Source: an uncultured Dehalococcoidia bacterium (GTDB taxonomy: Bacteria > Chloroflexota > Dehalococcoidia > Bin125). Taken from it: DNA of 64,000 nucleotides. How positions within the stretch are numbered: position 1 is the first letter of the stretch; the number at the start of each line of letters is the position of its first letter. The notes under the pieces were generated by a model. That model was not told the DNA's origin. It made no database searches and saw nothing but the letters and a program-made list of their open reading frames with translations. The DNA lies in assembly GCA_964347635.1 (NCBI GenBank), contig CAYFZI010000008.1, forward strand, positions 122 through 64,121, written 5' to 3'. The position numbers and the translations under genes are program-made. This document shows positions 48,140 through 56,520 of this stretch, piece by piece.

Positions 48140-49036
48140 ATGGCCGCTGCCGCACTGATCTGCCCCGGCCAGGGCGCCCAGCGCGCCGGCGGGCTGCGGG
48201 ACTTGCCGGCCTCCGCGCAAGCGCTGTTCGAGATCGCCTCGGCCGTCGTCGGCGTCGATCTATGGGCTTTGGGCCTCGAGCAGGGCCCGGAGGCCGAGCT
48301 CGAACTGCGCCGCCCCTCGCGCCTGCAGCCCTACCTGATCTGCTGGGCTGCCGCCGAGTGGCAAGCGGCCGAGATCACAGGGCGGCCCGACTACGTCACG
48401 GGCCACTCCTCGGGCTTGAACTCGGCGCTCGTGCTCAGCGGCGCCGTGCCGCTCGAGGCCGGGCTGCGCTTTGCCCACGCCTGCGGCCGGGAGATGGACC
48501 GCGCCTGCGCAGCCGGCGCGGGCGGCCTGACGGCCCTGGTCGGAACCAACCGCGCGCAGGCCGAAGCGCTCGCAGCGCGCAGCGGCGCGGTGCTCGCCAA
48601 CCACAACGCCAGCGATCAAACCGTGCTGGGCGGACCACAGCAGGCCCTCCGAGCAGTGCAGCGCGCAGACGCGCAGGCCGTCGAGCTGCGCGTCGCCGGC
48701 GCGTTCCACACCGACGCCTTCGCCGCCTCCGACCGGCGCAGCGAGCGCTGGATCGCAGCGCTTCCGGTCGCCGAGCGCTTCACCCCCATGATCGGCAACC
48801 GCTGCGGTCAGCTGATTGAAACCCCCGCCGCGCTGGCCGCTGAGCTGCGCGGCCAGTATTCGCGGCCGGTCGAGTGGCTGCGCGTCCTCGAGACGCTCGA
48901 TCGGCTCGGCGTCGAGCGCTACTTCACGCTCGGCCCCGGCAACGCGATGGCCGGCCTGGTGCGGCGCTATGGTCGAACCCGTCAAGGCCGGGTGCGCCTC
49001 GTACGCGTCGCTCAGAGCCGCAACAGCTCCACATAA
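48140..49036 (+). CDS. ACP S-malonyltransferase-like acyltransferase (FabD family)
   Basis: CPGQGAQ, GHSSGLNSAL (GHSxG) and AGAFHT motifs. Confidence 0.75.
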   Translation: MAAAALICPGQGAQRAGGLRDLPASAQALFEIASAVVGVDLWALGLEQGPEAELELRRPSRLQPYLICWAAAEWQAAEITGRPDYVTGHSSGLNSALVLSGAVPLEAGLRFAHACGREMDRACAAGAGGLTALVGTNRAQAEALAARSGAVLANHNASDQTVLGGPQQALRAVQRADAQAVELRVAGAFHTDAFAASDRRSERWIAALPVAERFTPMIGNRCGQLIETPAALAAELRGQYSRPVEWLRVLETLDRLGVERYFTLGPGNAMAGLVRRYGRTRQGRVRLVRVAQSRNSST

Positions 49037-49081
49037 CCTGCCGCAAGCAGGAGCCAGGGCAACAGGATAAGGAGTTGGAGC

Positions 49082-49732
49082 ATGGACGCCGATCACGTAC
49101 TGCGAACGACCCGCTCGGTGCGGCTGCGGTTGGATTTCGACCGCCCGATCGACCCCGCGGTGATCGAGGAATGCCTCGAGATCGCGCTGCAAGCTCCGAC
49201 AGCATCGAACAGCCAGCAGTGGCAGTGGGTCGTCGTCACCGAGCCCGAGAAGATCGCCGCCGTGGCCGAGGTCTACCGCAAGTCGTTCGCGGTGCTGGCG
49301 GCGCGGCCGCCCGAGGAGCGGCCCGACTACGGCCCCGCCGACAGCCGCACGCTGCAGTCCGAGAAGGTGACCCGCTCGGCGACCTACCTCGCCGCCGAGA
49401 TGCACCGCTGCCCGGCGATGCTGCTCGGCTGCATCAACGGACGAATCGAGGAGCTGCCGTCCGAGGCCCATGCGGGCGTCTACGGCTCGATCCTACCCGG
49501 CGCCTGGTCGTTCATGCTCGCCGCCCGCGCGCGCGGGATCGGCATGGCCTGGACCACGCTGCACCTCCGCCACGAGGCCGAAGTCGCGGAGCTGCTCGGC
49601 ATCCCGGCCCACGTCACCCAGACGGTGCTCTTCCCGATGGCCTACTTCAGCGGCGGCGACTTCAAGCCCGCACCGCGCGTCCCGCTCTCCGAGGTCGTGC
49701 ACTGGAACAGCTGGGGCCGGCGCACGCCTTAG
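49082..49732 (+). CDS. Nitroreductase family protein
   Basis: 216 aa. The nitroreductase fold is recognisable (QAPTASNSQQWQWVVV). Confidence 0.8.
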   Translation: MDADHVLRTTRSVRLRLDFDRPIDPAVIEECLEIALQAPTASNSQQWQWVVVTEPEKIAAVAEVYRKSFAVLAARPPEERPDYGPADSRTLQSEKVTRSATYLAAEMHRCPAMLLGCINGRIEELPSEAHAGVYGSILPGAWSFMLAARARGIGMAWTTLHLRHEAEVAELLGIPAHVTQTVLFPMAYFSGGDFKPAPRVPLSEVVHWNSWGRRTP

Positions 49733-49956
49733 AGCCGACTGCAGCATCGAATCGCGGCCAACACTGCCGCTCGATTCCCCTCCCTCTCGCCGCGCAAGCG
49801 GAGGGAGGAGCGGGAGGGGCGGCGGTGCGGCGCCCCCGCAAGCGCGGCAGAGCGGAGAGGCGGCGAGCGGGCGCCCGCAGCCCACCTCCCGCAGCGCCGC
49901 CTGCCGCTTGGGCGGCTTGATGAAATCTGAACGAGCCTGAGAGTGCCTGAGTGCGA

Positions 49957-50367
49957 TCAGCGCTCCGCGCCGACGTCGAACCAGGCGTGATCGGCGCCCA
50001 GGTCGTAGCCGTCCTTCCAGCCGCCCTCCCAAGCCTCCTGCTGGAGCGCCTCCAGCCCCTCAATCAGATCGTTCCGCCCCGCCAGCGCGCCGGCGATCAG
50101 CCCGGAGGGGTTGGGCAGGTAATCGAGCAGCGGGGCGGCGTCGCCACTCAGCAGGCCGCGTTGGTAGCCCTCTGCCTCGCGCCGATCGGCCTCCAGCTGC
50201 ATCCGCTGGTTGGTCGCCTCGGCCGCCGCTGCGTAGCCCGCCTCGCGGCTGGCGGTCAGGTCAGCCTGGGTCGGGCCGCGCTCGAATAGGCCGCTCAGGC
50301 CGCCCGCCAGCGCCATCCCCACAGCTCCGACGATGAATGCAGCGGCCAACGCGGCGAAGCGGTTCAC
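49957..50367 (-). CDS. Membrane-anchored protein, paralog A
   Basis: The GTG start overlaps the stop of paralog B (GTGA). One TM helix followed by GLFERGPTQADL. About 136 aa. Confidence 0.45.
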   Translation of the reverse strand: MNRFAALAAAFIVGAVGMALAGGLSGLFERGPTQADLTASREAGYAAAAEATNQRMQLEADRREAEGYQRGLLSGDAAPLLDYLPNPSGLIAGALAGRNDLIEGLEALQQEAWEGGWKDGYDLGADHAWFDVGAER

Positions 50368-50879
50368 GGCCGCATCGGTATTTCGCCGCTCGGCGGTGCG
50401 CCGCGAATCGTCTGCCAGGCGGCGCGGTAGCCGGCGCGCCAGCCGTCGTCCCACGATTCGCGCAGCCGCTGCTCCGCCAGCTGCTGCACCTGGTCGTAGG
50501 CGGCCTCATAGGTAAATCCGTGCCGGAAGCTGTCCACGTCCTCCTCGCTCAGGGTCGAGGCCGCGCCGCGCCCGCGCGCGAAGCCGACGCGCCCGCGCCG
50601 CTCGAGCTCCTGCCGCCACTCCGCCTCGGTTGCCGCTTCGCCGCGCGCCGCGCCGCGCTGAAAGGCGCGCTCGAGATCGGCCTGCGTCGGGCCGCTCTGG
50701 AACAGCCCAGTACCGAAGCCGAGCGCGAGCACCAGCGCAATCCCGGCCAGGCATGCGGCGAACAGCCCGCGCCGGTCCAGCGGCTCGCGCTCCTCTGCAC
50801 GCTCGAGATCACGCAGCTCATTGCGGCCGCGGCCGGGGCGGCTGCCAAACTCCGATCGGGGCTGGGGCGGGCGGTCCAC
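50364..50879 (-). CDS. Membrane-anchored protein, paralog B
   Basis: Basic N-terminus, one TM helix, then GLFQSGPTQADL...SWDDGWRAGY, similar to paralog A (GLFERGPTQADL...AWEGGWKDGY). Confidence 0.45.
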   Translation of the reverse strand: MDRPPQPRSEFGSRPGRGRNELRDLERAEEREPLDRRGLFAACLAGIALVLALGFGTGLFQSGPTQADLERAFQRGAARGEAATEAEWRQELERRGRVGFARGRGAASTLSEEDVDSFRHGFTYEAAYDQVQQLAEQRLRESWDDGWRAGYRAAWQTIRGAPPSGEIPMRP

Positions 50880-50887
50880 GACACCAC

Positions 50888-52249
50888 TCAGGCGCCGGCC
50901 GCGGCCAGCGCCGGGTGCGGGCGCGTCCAGCCCATCGCCCGCCCCAGCAGCAGCATCACCAAGGCAAACGTCGAAAACACCGCCGCCGCCCAGAACACCG
51001 TTTCGACAGAAAGCAGCTGGCCGACAACGGCCAGCACCGCCGCCACAAAGCCGCCGATATCCCAGGCCAGCTGGAATGTCGCCGTCGCCCCGCCGCGCTG
51101 CGTCGGCGCGACCCGATCGACCGCCAAGGCCAGCAGCCCCGTATGCGCTGCTCCCATCCCGATCCCGGTCAACGCCCCGGCCGGGACCAGCATCAGCGCT
51201 GTCTCCGCCTGCGTCAGCACGACCAGCCCGGCGACCGTCGCGATCAAGCCGGGGACGATCACCGGCACCCGCCCGACTATGTCGGAGGCGCGCCCGGCCA
51301 GCGGGCGCGTGATCATCGCGCCCGCTCCGCTGAACAGGAAGAAGAGCCCGATCCCCTCCACGCCGCCGAAGTTTCTGTCGGGGTCGGCGTCTTCGAGCGA
51401 GGGGAGAAACGCGGCTGCGGTGCTGAAGGTCAGCGTGATGCTGAGAAACACGAACATCGGAAACACCGCCGGCGGGGGCACGAGCGCGCGCAGGCTGAGC
51501 GGCGGCGGCGGCTGGCCGGAGTGCTGCGGCTCGCGCTTGAAGAAGGTCAGCGCGAACGACGCCAGCGCCGTGATCAAGGCCGCCGCCAGCACCGCGTCGA
51601 AGCCGCCCAGATAGGCGAAGAAGAGGCCGCCGAGCATCGGGCTCACGGTCTGCGCCGCGGAGGTCGAGAGGCCGAAGAAGCCGAGCCCTTCGCCGCGCCG
51701 CGGCGTCGGCACGATCTCCGCGACGAACGAGCCCGCCGCCGTCGGGTAGGCGGCCATGCTCAGCCCGTGTACGCAGCGCAGCGCGAACAAGATCCAGATG
51801 TCGTTGGCGAAGATCATCAGCGCGAACGAGGCGGCGAATGAAAGCAGGCCGATCCGCATCAGCCGGATGCGGCGCCCGGCATCGCTCCAGCGGCCCACGA
51901 AGGGGCGCAGGAAGATCGGGATCAGGCTGTAGCCGCTGGTGATCAGGCCGATCTCCAGCACGCTCGCCCCGCGCTCGACCAGTTCGCCGGGCAGCGTCGC
52001 GGTGAGATAGAAGAAGCAGGCGAAGAAGGAGAACGTTCCCATCAGCGCCAGGAGGTACTGGCCCGACCAGAGCGGCGGCCGCTGGCCCAGCCGCACGGCG
52101 GCGGCGGCGGCCGAAACGGCAAGACGCTGCGGGGCCGCGCGTGCCGTCCAGCCGGCGTGCGTGAGGGGCGCGCGCGCGGAAACGGTCAGAACTCCGGCGG
52201 ACCGATGCCGCTCAGCGAGCCCTCGCCGTGGCCGTTCGTCTGCGGACAC
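50888..52249 (-). CDS. MFS transporter
   Basis: 12-TM pattern with MFS-type loops (RPFVGRWSD). The true start is probably internal, because the ORF overlaps the upstream DUF3090 gene by 64 nt. Confidence 0.7.
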   Translation of the reverse strand: MSADERPRRGLAERHRSAGVLTVSARAPLTHAGWTARAAPQRLAVSAAAAAVRLGQRPPLWSGQYLLALMGTFSFFACFFYLTATLPGELVERGASVLEIGLITSGYSLIPIFLRPFVGRWSDAGRRIRLMRIGLLSFAASFALMIFANDIWILFALRCVHGLSMAAYPTAAGSFVAEIVPTPRRGEGLGFFGLSTSAAQTVSPMLGGLFFAYLGGFDAVLAAALITALASFALTFFKREPQHSGQPPPPLSLRALVPPPAVFPMFVFLSITLTFSTAAAFLPSLEDADPDRNFGGVEGIGLFFLFSGAGAMITRPLAGRASDIVGRVPVIVPGLIATVAGLVVLTQAETALMLVPAGALTGIGMGAAHTGLLALAVDRVAPTQRGGATATFQLAWDIGGFVAAVLAVVGQLLSVETVFWAAAVFSTFALVMLLLGRAMGWTRPHPALAAAGA

Positions 52250-52725
52250 AGGTGCTCATCGCCTTCAAGCGGTTGTTTGCATAACGGGCAGGCCGGCCGG
52301 CCGCCGGCGACCGCCAGCTCGGCCTGCACGGTGAAGCCGCGGGCGATCTCGCGGGTAAAGTCGACGCGCAGCGTGGGGCGATCGTTCTGCGCCTCGATGT
52401 CGGTCGCAAACAAGCTCAGCGTGCGCGCGTCCTCGTCGTAGCCGAGCGCGATCCGCCCGGCGAGAAACTCGTGCGTGGGGCGCTCGGGGAACGCGATCAG
52501 CGGCGGCGCGCTGGGGCGGCGGCGCTCCTCCCCGCGCCGGTGGCGGGCCAGCACCTGCTGCACCGCCGTCGCCAGCGAGTTGACCTGCTCTTTCTCGCAC
52601 CAGATCGATGCGGTCACCTGTCCGGCCGTCACGCGCAGGCGGAAGCGCCGCCGGCCCGGCTCTCCGATCGCTTCAGCCTCGAGGGCGGTTGCCGATCCCA
52701 AATCCCACTCGGCGGAGGAAGTCAT
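52186..52725 (-). CDS. DUF3090 family protein
   Basis: Start MTSSAEWDLG. The C-terminal CPLCKQPLEGDEHLCPQTNGH matches the DUF3090 zinc-ribbon-like end. Confidence 0.7.
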   Translation of the reverse strand: MTSSAEWDLGSATALEAEAIGEPGRRRFRLRVTAGQVTASIWCEKEQVNSLATAVQQVLARHRRGEERRRPSAPPLIAFPERPTHEFLAGRIALGYDEDARTLSLFATDIEAQNDRPTLRVDFTREIARGFTVQAELAVAGGRPACPLCKQPLEGDEHLCPQTNGHGEGSLSGIGPPEF

Positions 52726-52831
52726 GGCTGCGAGTCTATATCCAGCGCCGATCGGCGCAGGCAGGGCAGCGTAGGATGCGCAGCGCAGGGTGCTGCGGCG
52801 GCCGGCGCCGCAGCGCGGAAGGGAGCGGCTG

Positions 52832-53299
52832 ATGACAGTCGAAGTGGGGCAGCAGGCGCCGGATTTCACGCTGATGGACGGCGATCGACGCGAACATCAG
52901 CTCAGCGAATACCGCGGCCGGCCGGTCGTCGTGGCCTGGTACGTGCTCGCCTTCACCGGCGGTTGAACAAACGAGCTGAGCCGCTTCCAGGAGCTCCATG
53001 AGGAGTTCGAGGCGGCTGGCGCCCAGGTGCTGGGCATCAGCGTCGATTCACCGTTTGCCGCCGGCGCCTACGCGCGCGAGCTCGGCCTGAGCTTCCCGCT
53101 CCTGGGCGACTTTCCTTACGGGAAGACGGGCAAGGTCTGGGGCATCCTCAACGAGCAGCGGGGCGTGACCGCGCGGATGACATATGTGCTCGACGCCGAA
53201 GGTGCCGTGCGCCATATCGTCGACGCGCCGCGCGATTTTGCGCTGCACGCTGAGCAGTCGCTGGCTCAGGTGCAAGCACTGGCGCAGGGCGATTCTTAG
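52832..53299 (+). CDS. Peroxiredoxin (AhpC/TSA family) with in-frame TGA at the peroxidatic Cys; candidate selenoprotein
   Basis: - ATG at 52832, reading MTVEVGQQAPDFTLMDGDRREHQLSEYRGRPVVVAWYVLAFTGG-TGA-TNELSRFQELHEEFEAAGAQVLGISVDSPF...
- The track ORFs 53027..53299 (+) and 52736..52999 (-) confirm this frame.
- TGA (about 52964-52966) occupies the Cys of the Prx T-x-x-C motif.
- 155 codons in total. Confidence 0.6.
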
Positions 53300-53750
53300 C
53301 GCTGTGTAAAATCGGCTTGCGTTTGCCGCTCGGCCGTTCGACGATAACCCGCGTCAGCAGCCGTTCTGCCCATCGGCCGGGCGCGCTGCTGAGACGCTCC
53401 TTGGTGGCGGGGCGCCCGGAGTCGCTCCCATGGTCACCAAGATTTCCGCAGATCGCTGCGTCCACAGCTGGGTGCTCGCTTCACCGAACGGCTCGACCAG
53501 CCCCGGCCAGTGCATCAAGTGCGGCGCGCGGCGGCGCTTCGCCAATTCCTTCCCCGACCTCGAGCGGACCAACAACTCGGACCTGTTCGGCGATCGGAGC
53601 CGCCGCTCTCGGCGCGGCGCCGAGGCCTACTCCGAGAGCAGCGAGGGCGATATCGAGCAGGCGCTGAGCTCCATGCGCGGCCGCGGCGGCCGCCCGCGCT
53701 GACGCGGGCGCCGGCACAGGCTCGAGCGGCCGCAGGGCTAGACTGTTCGC

Positions 53751-54047
53751 GTGAGCACAGCGCAGGGCGGCAGCCCCGACTTGGCCAGCTACAAGGTCCA
53801 TACGCTCCCCTTTGAGGAGTGGCTCGACGTCGATACGCTGCTGCACCGCAGCTCGGTCACCAGCGGCGAGTTCGACTACGTGCTGCGGCCGCTCTGCCCG
53901 GAGTGCGGCGAGGAGTGCGAGCTCGAGTACGACATCGTCGCCGAGGCCGACGGCAGCGAAGTCATCTCGGCGCTTGTCTGCCACGCTTGCCAGGAACTCT
54001 GGGAGGCCGAAGCGCCGCCTGATGAGGCCGGCGCGGAGAGGCGCTAG
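53751..54047 (+). CDS. Hypothetical small zinc-ribbon protein
   Basis: Two CxxC pairs: CPECG...CHAC. Confidence 0.4.
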   Translation: MSTAQGGSPDLASYKVHTLPFEEWLDVDTLLHRSSVTSGEFDYVLRPLCPECGEECELEYDIVAEADGSEVISALVCHACQELWEAEAPPDEAGAERR

Positions 54048-54091
54048 GCTCGTGCCGACGCCCGCGCCAGCATGAATCGAGTTCGGCATCG

Positions 54092-54376
54092 ATGAGCGTT
54101 GTTGTACGAATCCCCACCCCGCTGCGCGGCCTCACCGGCGGCCGGGATGCCGTCGACGGCAGCGGCGGCTCGGTCGGCGAGATTGTCGCCGACCTCGAAC
54201 GCCAATACCCCGGCATGGCCGAGCGCCTGATCGACGAGGGCGGCGAGCTGCGCCGCTTCGTCAACGTCTTCGTCAACGGCGAGGATGTGCGCTTCCTCGA
54301 AGGGATGGCGACGGCGATCGGCGCGGGCGACGAGGTCAGCATCGTGCCCGCCGTCGCCGGCGGCAGCCGCAGCTAA
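54092..54376 (+). CDS. MoaD/ThiS/CysO-family sulfur-carrier protein
   Basis: Near colinear with CysO-type carriers (PTPLRGLTGG...RFVNVFVNGEDVRFLEGMATAIGAGDEVSIVPAVAGG). A 3-residue tail (SRS) follows the Gly-Gly. Confidence 0.7.
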   Translation: MSVVVRIPTPLRGLTGGRDAVDGSGGSVGEIVADLERQYPGMAERLIDEGGELRRFVNVFVNGEDVRFLEGMATAIGAGDEVSIVPAVAGGSRS

Positions 54377-55080
54377 CCAGCCGCCGCCAGCGCCGCCGCC
54401 GCCCACTCCGTCAGAATCTCCCAGAGCCGGCCGCGCTGCTGCCGCAGGGAGTGCGTTGCCTGCGGCAAGATCCGCAGCGCCTTCGGCTCCGCCGCCTGCG
54501 CGTAGACCCACTCCGACAAGCGCGGCGGCAGCCGCCAATCGGCCGCTCCGTGCACCAGCAGCAGCGGCCGCGGCGGCAGCCGCTCGAGGTCGGCCGGCTC
54601 GATCCCTGCCGTCTGCGTCGAGAGCGCCGCAACCGCCGCTGCGTGCGCCGATCGGGCCGCGGCCCGAACCACGATCGCGCCGCCGTACGAATGCCCAATC
54701 AGCGCAACCGGCGCCGCCCCGCGCGCGCCCAGCCACTCCAGCCCGGCCAGCACATCGGCAGTCCCCGCCTCAATCGGCCCCGGCGACGCCTTGATTCGAA
54801 AGTCCAAGCGCAGCACCCCAACGCCGAGCGCAGGCAGATGCTCCGCCAAATCGCCGTAGATCCCCTCCGCCGGGCCGTCGAACCCGCCGTCGAACCCGCC
54901 CACGCAGAGCACCGACCCGCGCGCCGCCGCCTGCGGCGCAGGGGCCGCGCGTAGCGGATGCCACAGCGCGTCAATTGGGCCGGCAGACGAAGGAATGACA
55001 ATCGCGGCGGGCATGGTCGCGCCGCGCAGCCTACCCGCGATCGTTACCGTGCGGTCAGCCCGCATACTCGCGGCCTGCAT
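54373..55080 (-). CDS. Alpha/beta hydrolase
   Basis: Internal start MQAASMRADRTV. GHSYGG nucleophile elbow. About 236 aa. The upstream part of the track ORF is antisense to an amidase. Confidence 0.7.
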   Translation of the reverse strand: MQAASMRADRTVTIAGRLRGATMPAAIVIPSSAGPIDALWHPLRAAPAPQAAARGSVLCVGGFDGGFDGPAEGIYGDLAEHLPALGVGVLRLDFRIKASPGPIEAGTADVLAGLEWLGARGAAPVALIGHSYGGAIVVRAAARSAHAAAVAALSTQTAGIEPADLERLPPRPLLLVHGAADWRLPPRLSEWVYAQAAEPKALRILPQATHSLRQQRGRLWEILTEWAAAALAAAG

Positions 55081-55128
55081 TCCCGCGGACCGCACTGCTG
55101 ACTGCAATGCCGAGAAGGGAGCGGCAGC

Positions 55129-56520
55129 ATGGACGAACTGATCTACTCGCCGCTGGCCGCGATCGTCGGCGCGATCCGCGCCCGAGAAGTCTCCGCCCGC
55201 GAAGTGCTCGAGGCTCACCTCGCCCGCATCGAACAAGTCAACGGCGGCCTCAACGCGGTTGTCCAGCTTTGCGCGGAGCGGGCCCGCGCGGAGGCCGAGG
55301 CCGCCGACGCCGCCGTGCGCCGCGGCGGCGAGCTCGGACCGCTGCACGGTGTGCCAATCACGCTCAAGGACTCGCATGACACTGCGGGCGTTGTCAGCAG
55401 CGGCGGCACGCTCGGGCGGCGCAACTTTGTGCCCGAGCACGACTCGACAGTGACCGCGCGGCTGCGCGCCGCCGGCGCAATCCTGATCGGCAAGACGAAC
55501 ACCCCCGAGCTGACCCTCTCCGGCGAAACCGACAATCTCGTCTACGGGCGCAGCAACAATCCGTTCGACCCGGCGCGCACGCCCGGCGGCTCGAGCGGCG
55601 GCGCGGCTGCGATCATCTGCGCCGGCGGCTCGCCGCTCGATCTAGGCAGCGACACCGGCGGCAGCATCCGCCTGCCCGCGCACTTCTGCGGTATCGCCGG
55701 GATCAAGCCCAGCGCGGGACGCGTGCCGCGCAGCGGCCACATCGTGCCCTGGGGCATGGGCGCGCTCGACGCCTGGACCACGATCGGCCCGATGGCCCGG
55801 CGCGTCGAAGACCTGGCCCTCACGCTGCCGATTATCTGCGGCCCTGACGGCGTCGACCCCGCCGTCGCCCCGATGCCGCTGGGCGATCCCGCTGACGTCG
55901 AGATCGGCGCCCTGCGGATCGCCTGGTACGCGGAAGTCGACGGCTACCAACGCCCCAGCGACGACACCAAAGCCGTCCTCGCCGCGGCCGTCGGCGCCCT
56001 GGCCGAGCGCGTCCGTTCGGTTGCGGAGGATCAACCGCCGGCGCTGAGCCGCAGCGTCGATCTCTGGCCGCGCATCGGCGGCGGCGACGGCCGCGCCTGG
56101 GTCGACCGCATGCTTAAGCGTTGGGGCACCACAGAGATCTCGCCCTTGCTCGAAAAAGGCTTCGCGCGGATCGAGCCGAGCACCGCCGCCGAGTACACCG
56201 AAGCGCTGGAGGCCCAGGACCGCTTTCGCAGCGAGATGCTCGGCTTCATCCAGCGCTACGACGCGATTGTCGCGCCAGTCGCTTCCCAGCCGGCGCCCCT
56301 GCACGGCGGCACCTATGAAGGCGGCAACCGCACCATGTTCTACACCGGCCCCTACAACATCTGCGGCTGGCCGGGCGCCGTCGTACGCTGCGGCAGCTCT
56401 GCGGAGGGACTGCCGATCGGCGTCCAGATCATCGCCCGCCCTTGGCGCGACGATGTCGCGCTCGCGCTCGCCGCCGCGCTCGAGTCTGCCCTGGGCGGCT
56501 GGCAGCGTCCGCCGCTGTGA
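55129..56520 (+). CDS. Amidase (amidase-signature family), tandem copy 1
   Basis: GGSSGGAAAIICAGGSPLDLGSDTGGSIRLPA signature. 463 aa. Confidence 0.85.
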   Translation: MDELIYSPLAAIVGAIRAREVSAREVLEAHLARIEQVNGGLNAVVQLCAERARAEAEAADAAVRRGGELGPLHGVPITLKDSHDTAGVVSSGGTLGRRNFVPEHDSTVTARLRAAGAILIGKTNTPELTLSGETDNLVYGRSNNPFDPARTPGGSSGGAAAIICAGGSPLDLGSDTGGSIRLPAHFCGIAGIKPSAGRVPRSGHIVPWGMGALDAWTTIGPMARRVEDLALTLPIICGPDGVDPAVAPMPLGDPADVEIGALRIAWYAEVDGYQRPSDDTKAVLAAAVGALAERVRSVAEDQPPALSRSVDLWPRIGGGDGRAWVDRMLKRWGTTEISPLLEKGFARIEPSTAAEYTEALEAQDRFRSEMLGFIQRYDAIVAPVASQPAPLHGGTYEGGNRTMFYTGPYNICGWPGAVVRCGSSAEGLPIGVQIIARPWRDDVALALAAALESALGGWQRPPL

